Shown here piece by piece: positions 48,699-58,944 of a stretch of DNA of 64,000 nt (position 1 is the first letter of the stretch; the number at the start of each line of letters is the position of its first letter). The notes under the pieces are model-generated. The model did not search any database. It worked only from the letters and a program-made list of their open reading frames with translations, and had not been told where the DNA came from. Origin of the DNA: an uncultured Candidatus Binatia bacterium (GTDB lineage Bacteria; Desulfobacterota; Binatia; UBA9968; JAJDTQ01). A program made the translations under genes and the position numbers. Where the stretch lies: NCBI GenBank assembly GCA_965218305.1, contig OZ244617.1, positions 3,522,967 through 3,586,966 of the forward strand. Direction: 5' to 3'.

Positions 48699-49098
48699 AT
48701 GATTACTAGTTTGGACACGAACGTCGTCGTGTCGGGTCTGAACTTCCCCGGGAACGAGCGATTGGTCCGAGAACTGGCCCTCCGCCGACAATTCGAGCTA
48801 TACTCTTCTTTCTTCATCCTGGAAGAGGTCACAGGGGTTTTGGGCGGCAAGTATGACCGGGCCGAAGACCGCGTATCCGAGGCTTACGTTGGAACAGGCC
48901 GCCACCGTCATTGAACGAGGGCACCTCCCGGATGTGATCGAGGTCAACGAGGTGGACAACCGTATCCTGGAGTGTGCGGCGAAGGCCTCCGCCGATTACC
49001 TGATAATTCGAGACCGAGGGCGTTTGTTGCCTCCTGAGCAACACCGGTGCATCAGGATACTCAATGCTCACCGGTTTCTGTCTTTCTTGGGCCAATAA
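48699..49098 (+). pseudogene. PIN-domain toxin, frameshifted
   Basis: LDTNVVVSG...ILEEV in frame 1 and DNRILECA...ADYLI in frame 2; shift near 48883. Confidence 0.8.
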
Positions 49099-49140
49099 AT
49101 CGAGATCCTGGTCAACTGGATATCAAGCAAGGAGGGAAGG

Positions 49141-50757
49141 GTGCCGTCACTATACTTGAGTCGTCTACCGAACGAACAACGGAACATTTTGCGCGAAAGG
49201 CTGCACGAATCCCAGAACGGGAAATGCTTTATCTGTGGATTGCCCATTGATTTGGACCTACAGGCCAGCAGCCTCGACATCGACCACATCGAACCAATTA
49301 GCGCCGGTGGAAGAGACGGGCCAGACAACTTCGCCCTGACCCACCATTCCTGTAATCGGTCAAAGCAGGCCAGCGATCTGCGGGTGGCCCGGTTGCTGGC
49401 TTCTTTCGATTCCTTGGCACAGCAGATAGCAGAGGAAAATCGGTCGCCAAATCTGGGCGACGTCTTGTTGCTGCGCGGAGGGAGCAAATACCAACTGTCG
49501 GTAACGGTAAACGGGGTACTTTTTGAAACGACCTTTGCCGAAATGGGCCAGAATGCAGTGAAGACTTTTCCGGTATACGAAGATCACATATCGGGCTTTC
49601 GTTCCACGTTCGTCAACTTACCAATCGAGTACTTGCACCACGATGACTATATCAATCCAAGGGCAATCGGCAGCAATTTGAGGAAACTGCTAGAGGAGTT
49701 TCACAAGAAACTCCCACAACTCCATATTTCTTTGGGGTGGATCGACACGTCTCAGGGAAGCCGGGTAAGGGTTAAAATCTTCGACGGCCAACACAAGGCT
49801 GCCGCTCAAGTCCTGCTGGGCGCCCGCAGCCTTCCCGTGAGGATTTTTATCGATCCCGACATTGATGTACTTCTAACAGCCAATACCAATGCCGGAACCA
49901 CGTTGCGTCAGGTGGCTTTCGACAAATCGGTGCAACGGAGTCTGGGCAGTTCAATACTCAGCAACAGGATCGACCGCTACCGTACAGATAAGGGGCTTGA
50001 CCAGGACGACGAAAATTTCTCTGAGTTGGACCTGATTAACCACTTCAAAGGGGAGAGTCGCCAGATGAAGCGATACGTGCTCGACCGGGTGCGTAATGCC
50101 ATAACCACTCACCCCGACAATAAGCTCAGAGACTATATTGAATACGGCGGCCGAAGCACAGAGAAACCGTTGAGCTACAGCACCATAGAGAAGACCTTCT
50201 ACCAGATGTTCGTCTCTGGCGACGTACTAAGAACGCCGTTTAACTACAGATTTCAGGAAGGTGCAAATCCACGGCAGTTGGAGATCGAGCAGACGGTGAG
50301 GCTAATGAACATTCTTGCCGATGGAATTTACATTGAACAGTTCGACCCCACTCGAGGCACGCGCCACATAGAGAACGATGTCCAGAAAGGGAAGTACATT
50401 GCGGAACCGCACCTCCGCGCCTTCCGTATGTCAAAGGAAGAGGTAGTCCATAATTGGGTACGTCTTATTCAACAAATTGTGTACAATTACTTTGTTATGA
50501 CCGGGAAACCAATTGACCAGAAGACACTTTTTCAACGTGAGATTCCTGAAGCTTGCTGGATGAACGTCACGAATTTTGTTGACGCCCTGAAAAGCCTTTC
50601 ACTCTGGTTAAACAAGGACCTCTCCCTTTCCGCCTTCGGTACCAAACGAACCAATGAATACTGGTACTCGATTTTCGAGAGCGGGAGCACACCGGATGGC
50701 ATGCCGGTTATGCCCTCAGGTCTAAACCTCCTGGAAATGATAAAAAGCGAAGACTGA
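49141..50757 (+). CDS. N-terminal HNH endonuclease fused to a ParB/DndB-like (DGQHK) domain
   Basis: CFICG...DIDHIEP..AGG.D...NFALTHHSCNRSK; central KIFDGQHKAAA. Confidence 0.8.
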   Translation: MPSLYLSRLPNEQRNILRERLHESQNGKCFICGLPIDLDLQASSLDIDHIEPISAGGRDGPDNFALTHHSCNRSKQASDLRVARLLASFDSLAQQIAEENRSPNLGDVLLLRGGSKYQLSVTVNGVLFETTFAEMGQNAVKTFPVYEDHISGFRSTFVNLPIEYLHHDDYINPRAIGSNLRKLLEEFHKKLPQLHISLGWIDTSQGSRVRVKIFDGQHKAAAQVLLGARSLPVRIFIDPDIDVLLTANTNAGTTLRQVAFDKSVQRSLGSSILSNRIDRYRTDKGLDQDDENFSELDLINHFKGESRQMKRYVLDRVRNAITTHPDNKLRDYIEYGGRSTEKPLSYSTIEKTFYQMFVSGDVLRTPFNYRFQEGANPRQLEIEQTVRLMNILADGIYIEQFDPTRGTRHIENDVQKGKYIAEPHLRAFRMSKEEVVHNWVRLIQQIVYNYFVMTGKPIDQKTLFQREIPEACWMNVTNFVDALKSLSLWLNKDLSLSAFGTKRTNEYWYSIFESGSTPDGMPVMPSGLNLLEMIKSED

Positions 50758-51505
50758 CCCACATCGTATGGATATCAGTAGGGGGTTGCTCTGCTGGGGT
50801 GTGAAGTCTGCGTAAATCGCAGAAACACCGACGTAGCAGGAGCGAGTCGGTCCGAGGAGGCCTGTCGCCGTTGCCGTGAGGAGTGTGAGTGATGACAGCA
50901 AGTGCGCGGCGGGCGCTGCGGCTCAAGCGCCGGTCCGGCTAGGTGCGGGATACGAAACGGTTTGTTTCGCCCGAGCAATTGAGCGGTTAGGAAGAGGGTT
51001 GAGGACGCCCTTCGGCGCTTTGGTTCTCACACTCCACGCATCCCTGATCCTGGCTCTGCCATGATCGCCAATGCCCGCGATAGGCTGATCAGCGCGTTGA
51101 ACTTGCGCAGTTCAGCGCGCTCCTGGCGTGCCGGAGATACTGGCCACCGATAGGTGCTCCAAAAGCGCCCCTTCGACGGCTATCCGCGGCTGCACTGTCG
51201 TCGCGGCGCAGCATCGGGCACCTATTGTGTGCCCTCCGTAATTCGGCCCCATCTATGGACTTTCCTGCGGAACACCTATAAGTGCTCGCGACAGTGGCGG
51301 CATACGGCGACAGTGACCGGCCGGGACGCCCGGATCCGGGCACGCACTTGCGGCTGAGCGGGCCACCGAGCGCGTCTTGCTGCCCCTCGAATTAGCGCGC
51401 CCGGTCCACCGGACGGCGAGATTCTTGCTCCGGTTTGCGACACGAAACAGGACGGAGTTCGACACGAAGACGATGGCAGATTCCAAGGAAAGGCCCTGGC
51501 ACAAG

Positions 51506-51743
51506 TTGGACACCAGTGTCCTGGTCGCGATCTTCGCCACCCGCGGATTCTGTCATGACATCCTGACTCGTGCTCGCGCAGCACTAGCTTCTCGTTGCCG
51601 AAACGGTTCTCGAAGAACTCCAGCGGGTTCTCGCTGAGAAGCTCGGCATAAAGGACGTTCTCGAAGCCGCCCCGGTGGTGGGTCTACGGATCGTGAGCCC
51701 CAGGGGGTTGTGGGGGTTGCTCCGCGCGACCCGGCCTAAATGA
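51506..51743 (+). pseudogene. PIN toxin remnant with internal deletion
   Basis: LDTSVLVAIFATRGFCHDIL (18/20 identical to the 57266 gene)...LLVAETVLEELQRVLAEKL|KDVLEAAP...RIVSPQGLWGLLR. Confidence 0.75.
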
Positions 51744-51785
51744 TGACGGTGGGTCGGGACCTGCCTGCCGTCGCGGCGGCACAGG

Positions 51786-52584
51786 CTAGTTCCGCCACGG
51801 TGCGACTCTGCGTTCGAAGCGGGCCAGGCTTGCCATCAAGATGATCGACGTACCGGCAAGCAGGAACACGCCGGTGAATAGCTTCGGCATGTTGTACTCT
51901 TCGGCCGAGAACCAGATCATATTGCCGACGCCCGCCTCGGACCCGAAGATCTCTGAAATCAGCACGCCGGCGAGGCCGCGCGCGACTGCAATGCGCATTC
52001 CGGCGATAATGAATGGATAGGCATTCGGCAGCAAACGGTACGGATGACCTGGCTGGGGGTGGCCCCGAACGACTCCGCGGCATCGATCAGATCTCGTTCG
52101 GTTGATCGAATTCCGAGGGAGGTGTTAATCGTGATCGGGAAGAAGGCCTCGATAAAGATAATGGTGATCTTGGAGTAAATGCCGATTCCCAGCAGGACAA
52201 TGAAGATCGGTGCAAGAGCGATCATCGGAGTCGCGTAGAGCGCACCCAGCCAAGGTTCGATATACTGAGCCGAAGATCGGTGGAGTGCGAGCAGAATGCC
52301 GAGTAAAACTCCGAGGATCGCCGCGGTACTATACCCGAGTACGAATTCGATGGCGCTGATCCGGACATGCTTCCAGAGCTCCCCGCTCTGGCCCATTTCA
52401 TAAGAGTTCAAAGCGATATCGGTCAGCGAAGCGAAGATGAGATCGCTTTGGATGACAATCTTGCCATCACCTCCCACACGATCATCACGAACAGGATGGA
52501 AATCAGCATCCGGCGGCGCTCTGGCGTCATGAAGTGAGCCAGACGACTCGGAGCCATGACCTTCCCGGTGTCAGGTTGGTTCAT
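51786..52584 (-). pseudogene. NitT/TauT-family ABC permease, two frameshifts
   Basis: Three frames join into one permease (ATPMIALAP, DLIDAAESFGA, LPNAYPFIIAGMR, EIFGSEAGVG); shifts near 52456 and 52034. Confidence 0.85.
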
Positions 52585-53790
52585 GCTTGTTTCCCTCATC
52601 GCTTTCAAGAACGATCTTCGAATCCAGTGCCCACACTCTTTTTGATTCCAGATCGACGCCGAGCGGGTTGATATCGAACTCCACAAGATCGCCGCCCAGG
52701 ACCTGGCACAGGCCATCGAAGGCCAGGATCAGGCGTTTGAGCTCCTGGATCAAGGGTGCGGCCGAGTCGCCCGCGAGACGCTCCAGCGCGGACGCGACGT
52801 GTGACTCGCGGACCAGTGCCTCGGCATCGCGCGCCCCGAGCGGGCTGAGGCGCAGTGCTGTCGCACCGACATCCTCGACAACAGTGCCGCCAAGTCCGAA
52901 GACGATGCCGAGACCGCTGACGGGGTCACGCCGCGCCCCGAGAAAGACCTCGATGTCCTTTGCGACCATCGTCTCGACGACAACCGCGCGTGCGTCGTCA
53001 CCAAAATCGGCAAAGAAGCGCGCCACCACCGGCGGGATCTCCTCGGCCGAGCGAACGTCGGCGATGACCCCTCCGGCGCGCCGCCGGTGCAGGATCCGGT
53101 CCGACGAAAGCTTGACGATGTAGGGTGGCGGCAATGCTTGTGCGGCAGAGAGCGCATCGTCTCCGCGGTTGAGAACCTTCAGGGGTGGGGTGTCAAACCC
53201 GCACGCCGCGAGGACGGAGAAGACCCGTTCCTCCGTGAGAACCCGGGTTGCCGACGCCGTCAGTATCCGCGCATGGTCCTTCATCCTCTCCGGCAGCTCG
53301 GGCAGAGCGGCGGAATCCTCGGCGGCAGTCCTCGCTCACTATAAAATCGGGCAAGCTTGCCGAGTACCGCAAAGGCGTGCTCCGCGTCGGGCAAGATCGG
53401 AATAGCCTCGAGGAAACTATCTTGCTGCATGGCAAGGGTGTCAAAGCCGGTCCTTGTGTAGAGTACGAGGCGGCCATCCGACTCTTCAAAAAGTCGGAGG
53501 TAACCCTTGAATATGCCCGCCCGGGGCAAATAGCGGGCAAGCACGAAGTCGGCTCCGCTTTGTAACGCCAGCAGGCTCACCAGTTCGGTTAGATTCTCGA
53601 CCCGTATGGCGCCCGACTGGCGTAACGCCGCGTCGATCAGCGCGTCGTCGCCGGCCAGGCTGCCCGAATGTGCGAGCGCGGCGCGGGCGCCCACTTCACT
53701 CCGTCCCGTCTTGAGGACGACGATAGGAACTCCGAGCGAACGAGCGCGTTCACATGCACTATCCGAGGTCATTGACTGCCGATCTTCCCC
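52571..53790 (-). pseudogene. NDP-forming acyl-CoA synthetase (acetate-CoA ligase family) remnant; C-terminal ATP-grasp part open at 52571-53284
   Basis: PIVVLKTGRS..GARAALAHSGSLAGDD (ligase domain) and PYIVKL...HR...GGV, EVFLG..RDP, EFDINPL (ATP-grasp); the CoA-binding N-terminus is absent; frameshift near 53333. Confidence 0.75.
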
Positions 53791-53875
53791 GCCCGTATAG
53801 TGGCCGGGCGATGGTCCAGCCAGAGCGTGAGTAACAGGAAGGCCGCAGCGCACCCGAAAGTTTGGCGGAAGGATC

Positions 53876-55069
53876 ATGTCGGACGCTCTCAAGGATAAGT
53901 TTGCCATTGTGGGTCTCGGGCTGCTGGCGGGCCGGTTCGAGGATCGAAGCTTTCGGACGCTCCAGACGGAGGCCGCCAGGCTCGCGATCGAGGACGCCGG
54001 CCTTACGGTAAACGACGTCGACGGCGCGATTGATCTCAAGATCGCACCCGGCGCGGGAGACGTTCCGTCCCCCACCGATGCCTTCCCACGCGTTCTCGGC
54101 CTGCCGTGCCGTATGTTCTTCCAGGTTGCCCGTGGCGGCACCGCGAGCATCGTCGGCGTTCTGGCGGCTACCAAGTTTCTCGAACTCGGCATGGCCAACT
54201 ATGTCGTACTCGCGTCGGGAACGAAAGATTACTCGCGGAGCCGAGTTGCACGGCGAACGGGCAATACCAGCATCGGAGTCATCGAAAGGGCGGGCTATTG
54301 GGGGAAGCCATTCGGCGATTTGGCGGCGATGAGTCACCACACTTTTTTTGCCGCGCGCCACATGCATGAGTTCGGCACGAAAAAGGAGCAGTTCGGCGAG
54401 ATTTCCGTGGCGATCCGCGGTTGGGCCCAATCCAACCCATTGGCGCAGTTCCATGATCGGCCGCTGACGCTGTCCGAATACATGGACGCGCCACCGCTCG
54501 TCTGGCCCTACAACATCTTCGACTCTTGCGTCGTGAGCGACGGTGGTTTTGCCATCGTCCTGACAACTGCTGAGCGGGCCAAGGACCTGGCACGCAAACC
54601 CATCCATGTTTCGGGCGCGGGGGTGGGAGAGGCCATGGGGCAGCTCTGGTGGGACAAAGCCAACTACACGTGTCTTGCCGTACAGACCGCCAAGGAGACC
54701 GCCTTCCGTGAAGCGGAGATCGACCTCAAGGATCTCGATTTCGCGGGGCTCTATGATTGTTTTACCGCCGAGGTGCTATTCCAGCTAGAGGACTACGGAT
54801 GGTGCAAGAAGGGCGAGGGTGGTGCTTTTGTCGAGGGGGGGCGCATCGGTCCGGGGGGCGAGGTCGCAATCAATACAAGCGGTGGACTCCTGTCCGCATA
54901 TCATCTGGGCGAGCAAACTCATGTCGCGGAGGCCATCATGCAGCTCCGCGGCGAAGCAGGAGAGCGGCAGGTAGAAAACGCAAGAATCGGGATGGTGACG
55001 GGACACGGTGGCGAGATCCTTTCGCCCGGGATGTGCTCGACCCATGCCTGCATGATCCTGAGCAACTGA
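53876..55069 (+). CDS. thiolase-like (SCP-x/Ltp2-type) protein
   Basis: AIEDAGL, VSDGGFAIVL, LYDCFT, NTSGGLLS, QLRGEAGERQV. Confidence 0.92.
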   Translation: MSDALKDKFAIVGLGLLAGRFEDRSFRTLQTEAARLAIEDAGLTVNDVDGAIDLKIAPGAGDVPSPTDAFPRVLGLPCRMFFQVARGGTASIVGVLAATKFLELGMANYVVLASGTKDYSRSRVARRTGNTSIGVIERAGYWGKPFGDLAAMSHHTFFAARHMHEFGTKKEQFGEISVAIRGWAQSNPLAQFHDRPLTLSEYMDAPPLVWPYNIFDSCVVSDGGFAIVLTTAERAKDLARKPIHVSGAGVGEAMGQLWWDKANYTCLAVQTAKETAFREAEIDLKDLDFAGLYDCFTAEVLFQLEDYGWCKKGEGGAFVEGGRIGPGGEVAINTSGGLLSAYHLGEQTHVAEAIMQLRGEAGERQVENARIGMVTGHGGEILSPGMCSTHACMILSN

Positions 55070-55090
55070 GACTTGCATCGAGTGGAGCCG

Positions 55091-55510
55091 ATGATCATGT
55101 CTGCGTCCTACCCAAAGCCCGATATCGATGAGGACAACAAGCCATTCTGGGACGCGGTCCAGAATCGACAGTTTGTACTGATGCAATGCCGTGAGTGCGG
55201 CACCTGGTATTGGCCGGCGGCCTACTGTCGCAATCACGCCAACCAACCTTTTTACGGCAGCCTCGAATGGCGCGAGGCGTCGGGCCGCGGCAAGGTTTTC
55301 GCATACAACGTGCATCATCGGGCCTTCGATCCGGCTTTCAAAACCGATCTACCCTATGTTTATGCCTTGATTGAGCTTGAGGAAGGCCCGATGTTTGGCA
55401 CGAACATCGTGGGCTGTGCGCCGGATGATGTTTCGATCGGCATGGACGTAGAGGTTCGTTTTATCGAAAGGGGCGGTGCCTTGTTGCCGGTCTTCGGGCC
55501 TAAGGGCTGA
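55091..55510 (+). CDS. Zn-ribbon/OB-fold (DUF35) partner of the thiolase
   Basis: PFWDA...QCRECG..YWP...C...GRGKV...PYV.ALIELEEGP; ATG 55091 chosen by GGAG RBS. Confidence 0.92.
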   Translation: MIMSASYPKPDIDEDNKPFWDAVQNRQFVLMQCRECGTWYWPAAYCRNHANQPFYGSLEWREASGRGKVFAYNVHHRAFDPAFKTDLPYVYALIELEEGPMFGTNIVGCAPDDVSIGMDVEVRFIERGGALLPVFGPKG

Positions 55511-55588
55511 GGCGGCGGTGCCGGGCGGCAGACATCAGTTCGTGTCTTCGACCATTAGCGACTCGTGTGCCCCCCTGTCGGTCCGAGC

Positions 55589-56788
55589 CTATTCTTGGCG
55601 CCGGGCCGCCGCCTCCACCGCCTCCATCACCCTCAGCAGGTTGCCGCCCCACAGTTGCGCGATCTGTTCCTCGCTGTAGCCCCGGCGCACCAGCTCGATG
55701 GTGACGTTGAGGGTGTCGCGGGCGTTGTCCCAGCCGGCGATTCCGCCGCCGCCGTTGAAGTCCGACGCCATGCCCACGTGGTCGATGCCGATGAGCTTGA
55801 CCGCGTAGTCGATGTGGTCGGCGAAATCCTTGACCGAGGCCTTGGGCCACTTGAGGTCGATCTCTTGCCGGCGGGCGTGGTAGGCGTCGCGCTTCTCGTC
55901 GCTCAGCCCCTCAAAGTCGGCGAAACCCTTGATCCCCATCTCCGTCCTGAGGGCGCGAAATGCCGCCTGCCTATCGCCGGACACCGGCCGCAGGTAGTAA
56001 TCAAAGGCCACCATCTGAGCCACCCCGCCGTTGTCCCTTAGCGCCGTCAGCGCCTCGTCGGACAGGTTACGCGGGTGGTTGTAGACCCCCTTTACGCTGG
56101 AGTGGGACGCGATCACCGGTGCCCGGGATGCGTGGATGGCATCCATCGCGGTGGTCATGGCCGCGTGGGAGATGTCCACCATGATGCCCAGGTCGTTGGC
56201 GCGCTCGACCGCGGCGCGCCCGAAGTCGGTGAGGCCGCCGTGCTCCGTCGCCGGGTCCTTCAGGCGGGACATGGGCACCGCGGAGTCGCCCAGGTCGTTG
56301 TGGCCGTTGTGGGTCAACCCCAGGTAGCGCGCGCCGAAGTCGTAGTAGGTCTTGAGGATGTCCAGGTCCCGGCCCAGGGCATGGCCGTTCTCGATCCCGA
56401 TGAGCGCCGCGCGCCGCCCTTCGCCGTGGATGCGCCGCACGTCCGCGACCGTGCGCGCCAGCGCGATGGTCTCCGGATACTGCACGTCGGTCATGCGCCG
56501 GATGGCGGCGAACTTGTCAAAGGCGTCGGCCATGGCCCGGGCATACCCCGCCGCGTTGCGCTCGCCTTGTCCCACGTAGACGATGAAGAACACCGCATCC
56601 AGCCCGCCACGCTCCATACCCACGAGATCGATCTGCCCGCGGCCCGCCTTGGCCTCCCTGGCATCGTAGGTCTCCGTGCCGAAATCCGGCGGAATGTCCA
56701 CGTGGGTGTCCACGGTCAGGACACGCGCGTGAATGGCCGCGGCGCGGGTCACAAGGTCGGGACCGGTGTCTACGGGTAGGGAATTCAC
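55589..56788 (-). CDS. membrane dipeptidase (peptidase M19)
   Basis: VDTHVD, IGIENG, LTHNGHN, DISHA, ASHSS, DHIDY, GMASDFNGG. Confidence 0.95.
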   Translation of the reverse strand: MNSLPVDTGPDLVTRAAAIHARVLTVDTHVDIPPDFGTETYDAREAKAGRGQIDLVGMERGGLDAVFFIVYVGQGERNAAGYARAMADAFDKFAAIRRMTDVQYPETIALARTVADVRRIHGEGRRAALIGIENGHALGRDLDILKTYYDFGARYLGLTHNGHNDLGDSAVPMSRLKDPATEHGGLTDFGRAAVERANDLGIMVDISHAAMTTAMDAIHASRAPVIASHSSVKGVYNHPRNLSDEALTALRDNGGVAQMVAFDYYLRPVSGDRQAAFRALRTEMGIKGFADFEGLSDEKRDAYHARRQEIDLKWPKASVKDFADHIDYAVKLIGIDHVGMASDFNGGGGIAGWDNARDTLNVTIELVRRGYSEEQIAQLWGGNLLRVMEAVEAAARRQE

Positions 56789-56791
56789 AGG

Positions 56792-56938
56792 TCAGAAGTC
56801 TTCAGCCGCGAGCAACGCGTCGGCCTCTGCCAGCACCGTTTCCAGGTCGACACCCTTCCCCTCGGCAATCTCCTTCTCGCCCTGCGCTAGCATCCGGAGC
56901 GTCGGCCGTTCGGACTTGATACGAGGACGTTTCGCCAT
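56792..56938 (-). pseudogene. 48-aa ORF resembling the C-terminus of a Phd/YefM antitoxin
   Basis: AGGAG RBS; MAKRPRIKSERPTLRMLAQGEKEIAEGKGVDLETVLAEADALLAAEDF*. Confidence 0.45.
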
Positions 56939-57053
56939 GAGATCTCCTTGGGCCGTTCAATTTTGTCAGCGTATCGTTGGAAGAGTCCCCGCGCAACGGG
57001 GTTCACCCTGCACGGGCTGTTATCGAGGCTACCTTTGTAGTACGTTGTAGTAC

Positions 57054-57269
57054 ATGGCGACTTTGACCATCCGTATAGACGATCGGCTGGACGCCGAGTT
57101 GCGCGAGGTAGCGGCACGAACGGGAACGGGCAAGAGCGCCTTCGTGCGCGACGCCGTGCGCCGGCAACTCGCGATCGCACGGCTTGAACAATTGCGCCGC
57201 CGTGTCGCGCCGTTCGCCGAGGCCCACGGCTGGCTGACCGACGAGGATGTCTTCAAAGAAGTCTCGTGA
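57054..57269 (+). CDS. CopG/RHH antitoxin
   Basis: MATLTIRIDD.LDAEL...KSAFVRDAVRR; GTGA overlap with the PIN gene. Confidence 0.9.
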   Translation: MATLTIRIDDRLDAELREVAARTGTGKSAFVRDAVRRQLAIARLEQLRRRVAPFAEAHGWLTDEDVFKEVS

Positions 57270-57676
57270 GGATCCTGCTGGACACCAACGTCCTGGTGGC
57301 GGCCTTCGCCACGCGCGGGTTCTGCCATGACATCCTGCAAATTGTGCTTGCCGAACACCGACTTCTCGTCGGGGAGACGGTTCTCCAGGAACTTGAACGG
57401 ATTCTTGCCGGCAAGCTTGCCATGCCGGAGACGCACGTGAGCGAAGTGATCGGTTTCGTTCGCGAGCATGCAGATGTTGTGGCGCCGGTCGAACCGGCGC
57501 CATGGCCCGCCACGGATCCCGCCGATCGCTGGATAGCCGCCGCGGCCGTCAGCGGAAGGGCGGACGTACTCGTGACTGGAGACAAGGACCTTCTGGAAGC
57601 CGCACCGGGCGAGGACTTGCGAATTGTCAGCCCCAGAGGCTTGTGGGAGTTGCTTCGCGTGACGAGGAGGGATTGA
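57266..57676 (+). CDS. PIN-domain (VapC-like) toxin
   Basis: LLDTNVLV, VLQEL, DPADR, VTGDKDLL. Confidence 0.92.
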   Translation: MRILLDTNVLVAAFATRGFCHDILQIVLAEHRLLVGETVLQELERILAGKLAMPETHVSEVIGFVREHADVVAPVEPAPWPATDPADRWIAAAAVSGRADVLVTGDKDLLEAAPGEDLRIVSPRGLWELLRVTRRD

Positions 57677-57680
57677 CTCA

Positions 57681-58871
57681 TTGAGTACGCCACAGTCTCC
57701 GGACTACCTATACGTCTGCAATTCCGCCACCCTGGAGAAACTGATCCGGAGCATCGGGGACGGCGAGTCGGTCGCGGTGGACATGGAGGCCGACAGCCTC
57801 CACAGCTACTTCGAGAAGGTCTGCCTGATCCAGCTCTCGGTCGGAGACGAGCATTTCGTCGTCGATCCGTTCGTTGATTTGGACTTCGGGGGACTCGTCG
57901 AGGTGTTGGCCCCGAAGCGGCTGATCCTGCACGGCGCCGACTATGACCTGCGCCTGATGCGCGCCTGGCAGGACTTCAGGCCGCGTGGTGAGGTTTTCGA
58001 CACCATGATCGCGGCCCAATTGCTCGGCATCGAGCAGATCGGGCTTGCGGCCCTCATCCAGCAGTTCCTTGAGGTAACCATCGAAAAGGGCTCGCAGAAG
58101 TCCGACTGGTCGCGCCGGCCGCTCAGCCAGACGCAGTTGCGCTACGCGGTCAACGACACGCGCTATCTGGAGGAGCTCTCCGACTGCCTGAACGGCGAGC
58201 TGCGTGAGCGGGGACGGGTGGAGTGGCACCGGGAGAGTTGCCGCGCGATGGTGGAGGCCACCGGGCGCGATCGTGAACGCGATCCCGAGGAGGCCTGGCG
58301 AATCAAAGGGGCGGGCCGGCTGACACACCGCCGACTGGCCTATCTTCGGGAGCTCTGGATCTGGCGCGACATGCTCGCCCGCCGCGCCGACCGTCCGCCC
58401 TTCAAGGTTCTCCAAAACCAGAAGATGGTGGAACTGATCGAATGGGCCGAGTCCCATCCCGGTGAACCCTTGGACCAGGGACCGAAACTGCCCCGCGACA
58501 TCGTCGGCTCACGCCGGAGAGCGCTCAAGCACGCGCTTGACCGGGCCGCGGCCATGACGCCCGCGGAGTGGCCCGAGTTTCGCCTGAGGGTGGACGCCAA
58601 ACTGCCGCCCTTCGACCCGCGGGAGCTCGACGCGCTGCGCGGCGCGTGCACGAAGGTCGCCGAGGAGTTGGATATAGCCCCGTCGACCCTGGCGCCCAGG
58701 GCCGCCCTCGAGGGCATCGTCCGGCAGCGGCCTCGGACCCGGGACGAGATCATGGCGAGTGGCGGCCTGTTGCACTGGCAGGCGGAGCTCGTGCGCGTCG
58801 CGGTGGACGGGACGCTGCACGCGACGCGGGACGAGTCCGTCACGGGACCGAAGACCGCGACCATACCCTGA
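57681..58871 (+). CDS. rnd: ribonuclease D (DEDDy exonuclease + HRDC)
   Basis: VDMEADS, CLIQL, LHGADYD, FDTMIAA, SDWSRRPL, YAVND; HRDC WR...AR..D.PPF.VL. Confidence 0.93.
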   Translation: MSTPQSPDYLYVCNSATLEKLIRSIGDGESVAVDMEADSLHSYFEKVCLIQLSVGDEHFVVDPFVDLDFGGLVEVLAPKRLILHGADYDLRLMRAWQDFRPRGEVFDTMIAAQLLGIEQIGLAALIQQFLEVTIEKGSQKSDWSRRPLSQTQLRYAVNDTRYLEELSDCLNGELRERGRVEWHRESCRAMVEATGRDRERDPEEAWRIKGAGRLTHRRLAYLRELWIWRDMLARRADRPPFKVLQNQKMVELIEWAESHPGEPLDQGPKLPRDIVGSRRRALKHALDRAAAMTPAEWPEFRLRVDAKLPPFDPRELDALRGACTKVAEELDIAPSTLAPRAALEGIVRQRPRTRDEIMASGGLLHWQAELVRVAVDGTLHATRDESVTGPKTATIP

Positions 58872-58944
58872 GCCGGCAAGAGGTGATAGGTTTATCCATT
58901 GAACGACATGGCAGGGGAAACTCCCTGCGACAGGAGCGGCGACC

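Noticed and set aside
50980-51160. Possible HepT/DUF86 toxin remnant (EDALRRF...ARDRLISA)
   Set aside because: Similarity to RNxxxH is too weak to support by eye; needs a translated HMM search.
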